Positions 63,531 through 64,000 of a DNA stretch of 64,000 nucleotides are shown here, piece after piece (position 1 is the stretch's first letter; each line of letters begins with the position of its first letter). Position numbers and translations under genes: made by a program. Under the pieces are notes generated by a model. It did not search any database. It saw nothing but the letters and a program-made list of their open reading frames with translations, and was not told where the DNA came from. The DNA is from Octopus bimaculoides (lineage: Eukaryota), in assembly GCF_001194135.2 (NCBI RefSeq), contig NC_068984.1:47984129-48048128 (forward strand), in the 5' to 3' direction.

Positions 63531-63949
63531 NNNNNNNNNNATATCTGTACGTATGTGTGTGTGTGTATGTGTGCACGTACATATATATAAAAACGTACAT
63601 GCATACACGCATGTCATATATATATATATGTATGCATTTATAGACATCCACTCAGAAGGATAGAGACAAGACGATAGATTATACGAAGTATATCTCAAGG
63701 GGTCACAAAGTCTGGTATGGGTGGGAGAAGGAAATAACTATTTAACATAAATAGACATATGTAAGACATCAAGTTTAAAACAATTATATAACACTTTCAT
63801 AACCTGGGGGGAAAATTATGTTTTCCGTGTTTACTTCAACAGTCGATATCTATCAAGAGACGTCTCAGCACTGTCAGTTATAAATCAGTGACGCGAATTG
63901 CATACATAGAAACGTATATACATATTTATACACATATAAAAAGATATAT

Positions 63950-64000
<51 letters not shown>

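Overview
AT-rich, microsatellite-dense eukaryotic DNA from a gapped draft assembly (about 22 N-runs, nearly all bounded by (TA)n/(CA)n/(CT)n). The repeat repertoire matches my recollection of octopus (coleoid cephalopod) genomes; this is an inference, not a database result. I find no convincing host protein-coding exon, so the window reads as intergenic or deep-intronic. It contains about 20 tRNA-derived SINE copies in 4 families (my labels A-D), remnants of mariner, Tc1, Tigger/pogo and Helitron transposons, and fragments of CR1/L2-like, R4/Dong-like, HERO-like and RTE-like LINEs. It also has an unusually rich set of Penelope-like element (PLE) pieces, several with type-I hammerhead ribozymes (HHR) that have palindromic helix III. 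Highlights: (1) a PLE 3' UTR built as stop codon - tRNA-like Pol III promoter - (TAA)n - hammerhead (63179 to 62944, minus strand); (2) a 521-aa uninterrupted RT/GIY-YIG ORF of a Hydra-like PLE with a 97-aa Asn-rich insert, whose upstream RT codons are broken; (3) intact-core HHRs at 1133-1225 and 42503-42558; (4) a 107-bp-arm foldback in a mariner; (5) a 101-bp near-perfect palindrome. All family names come from motif recognition by eye.
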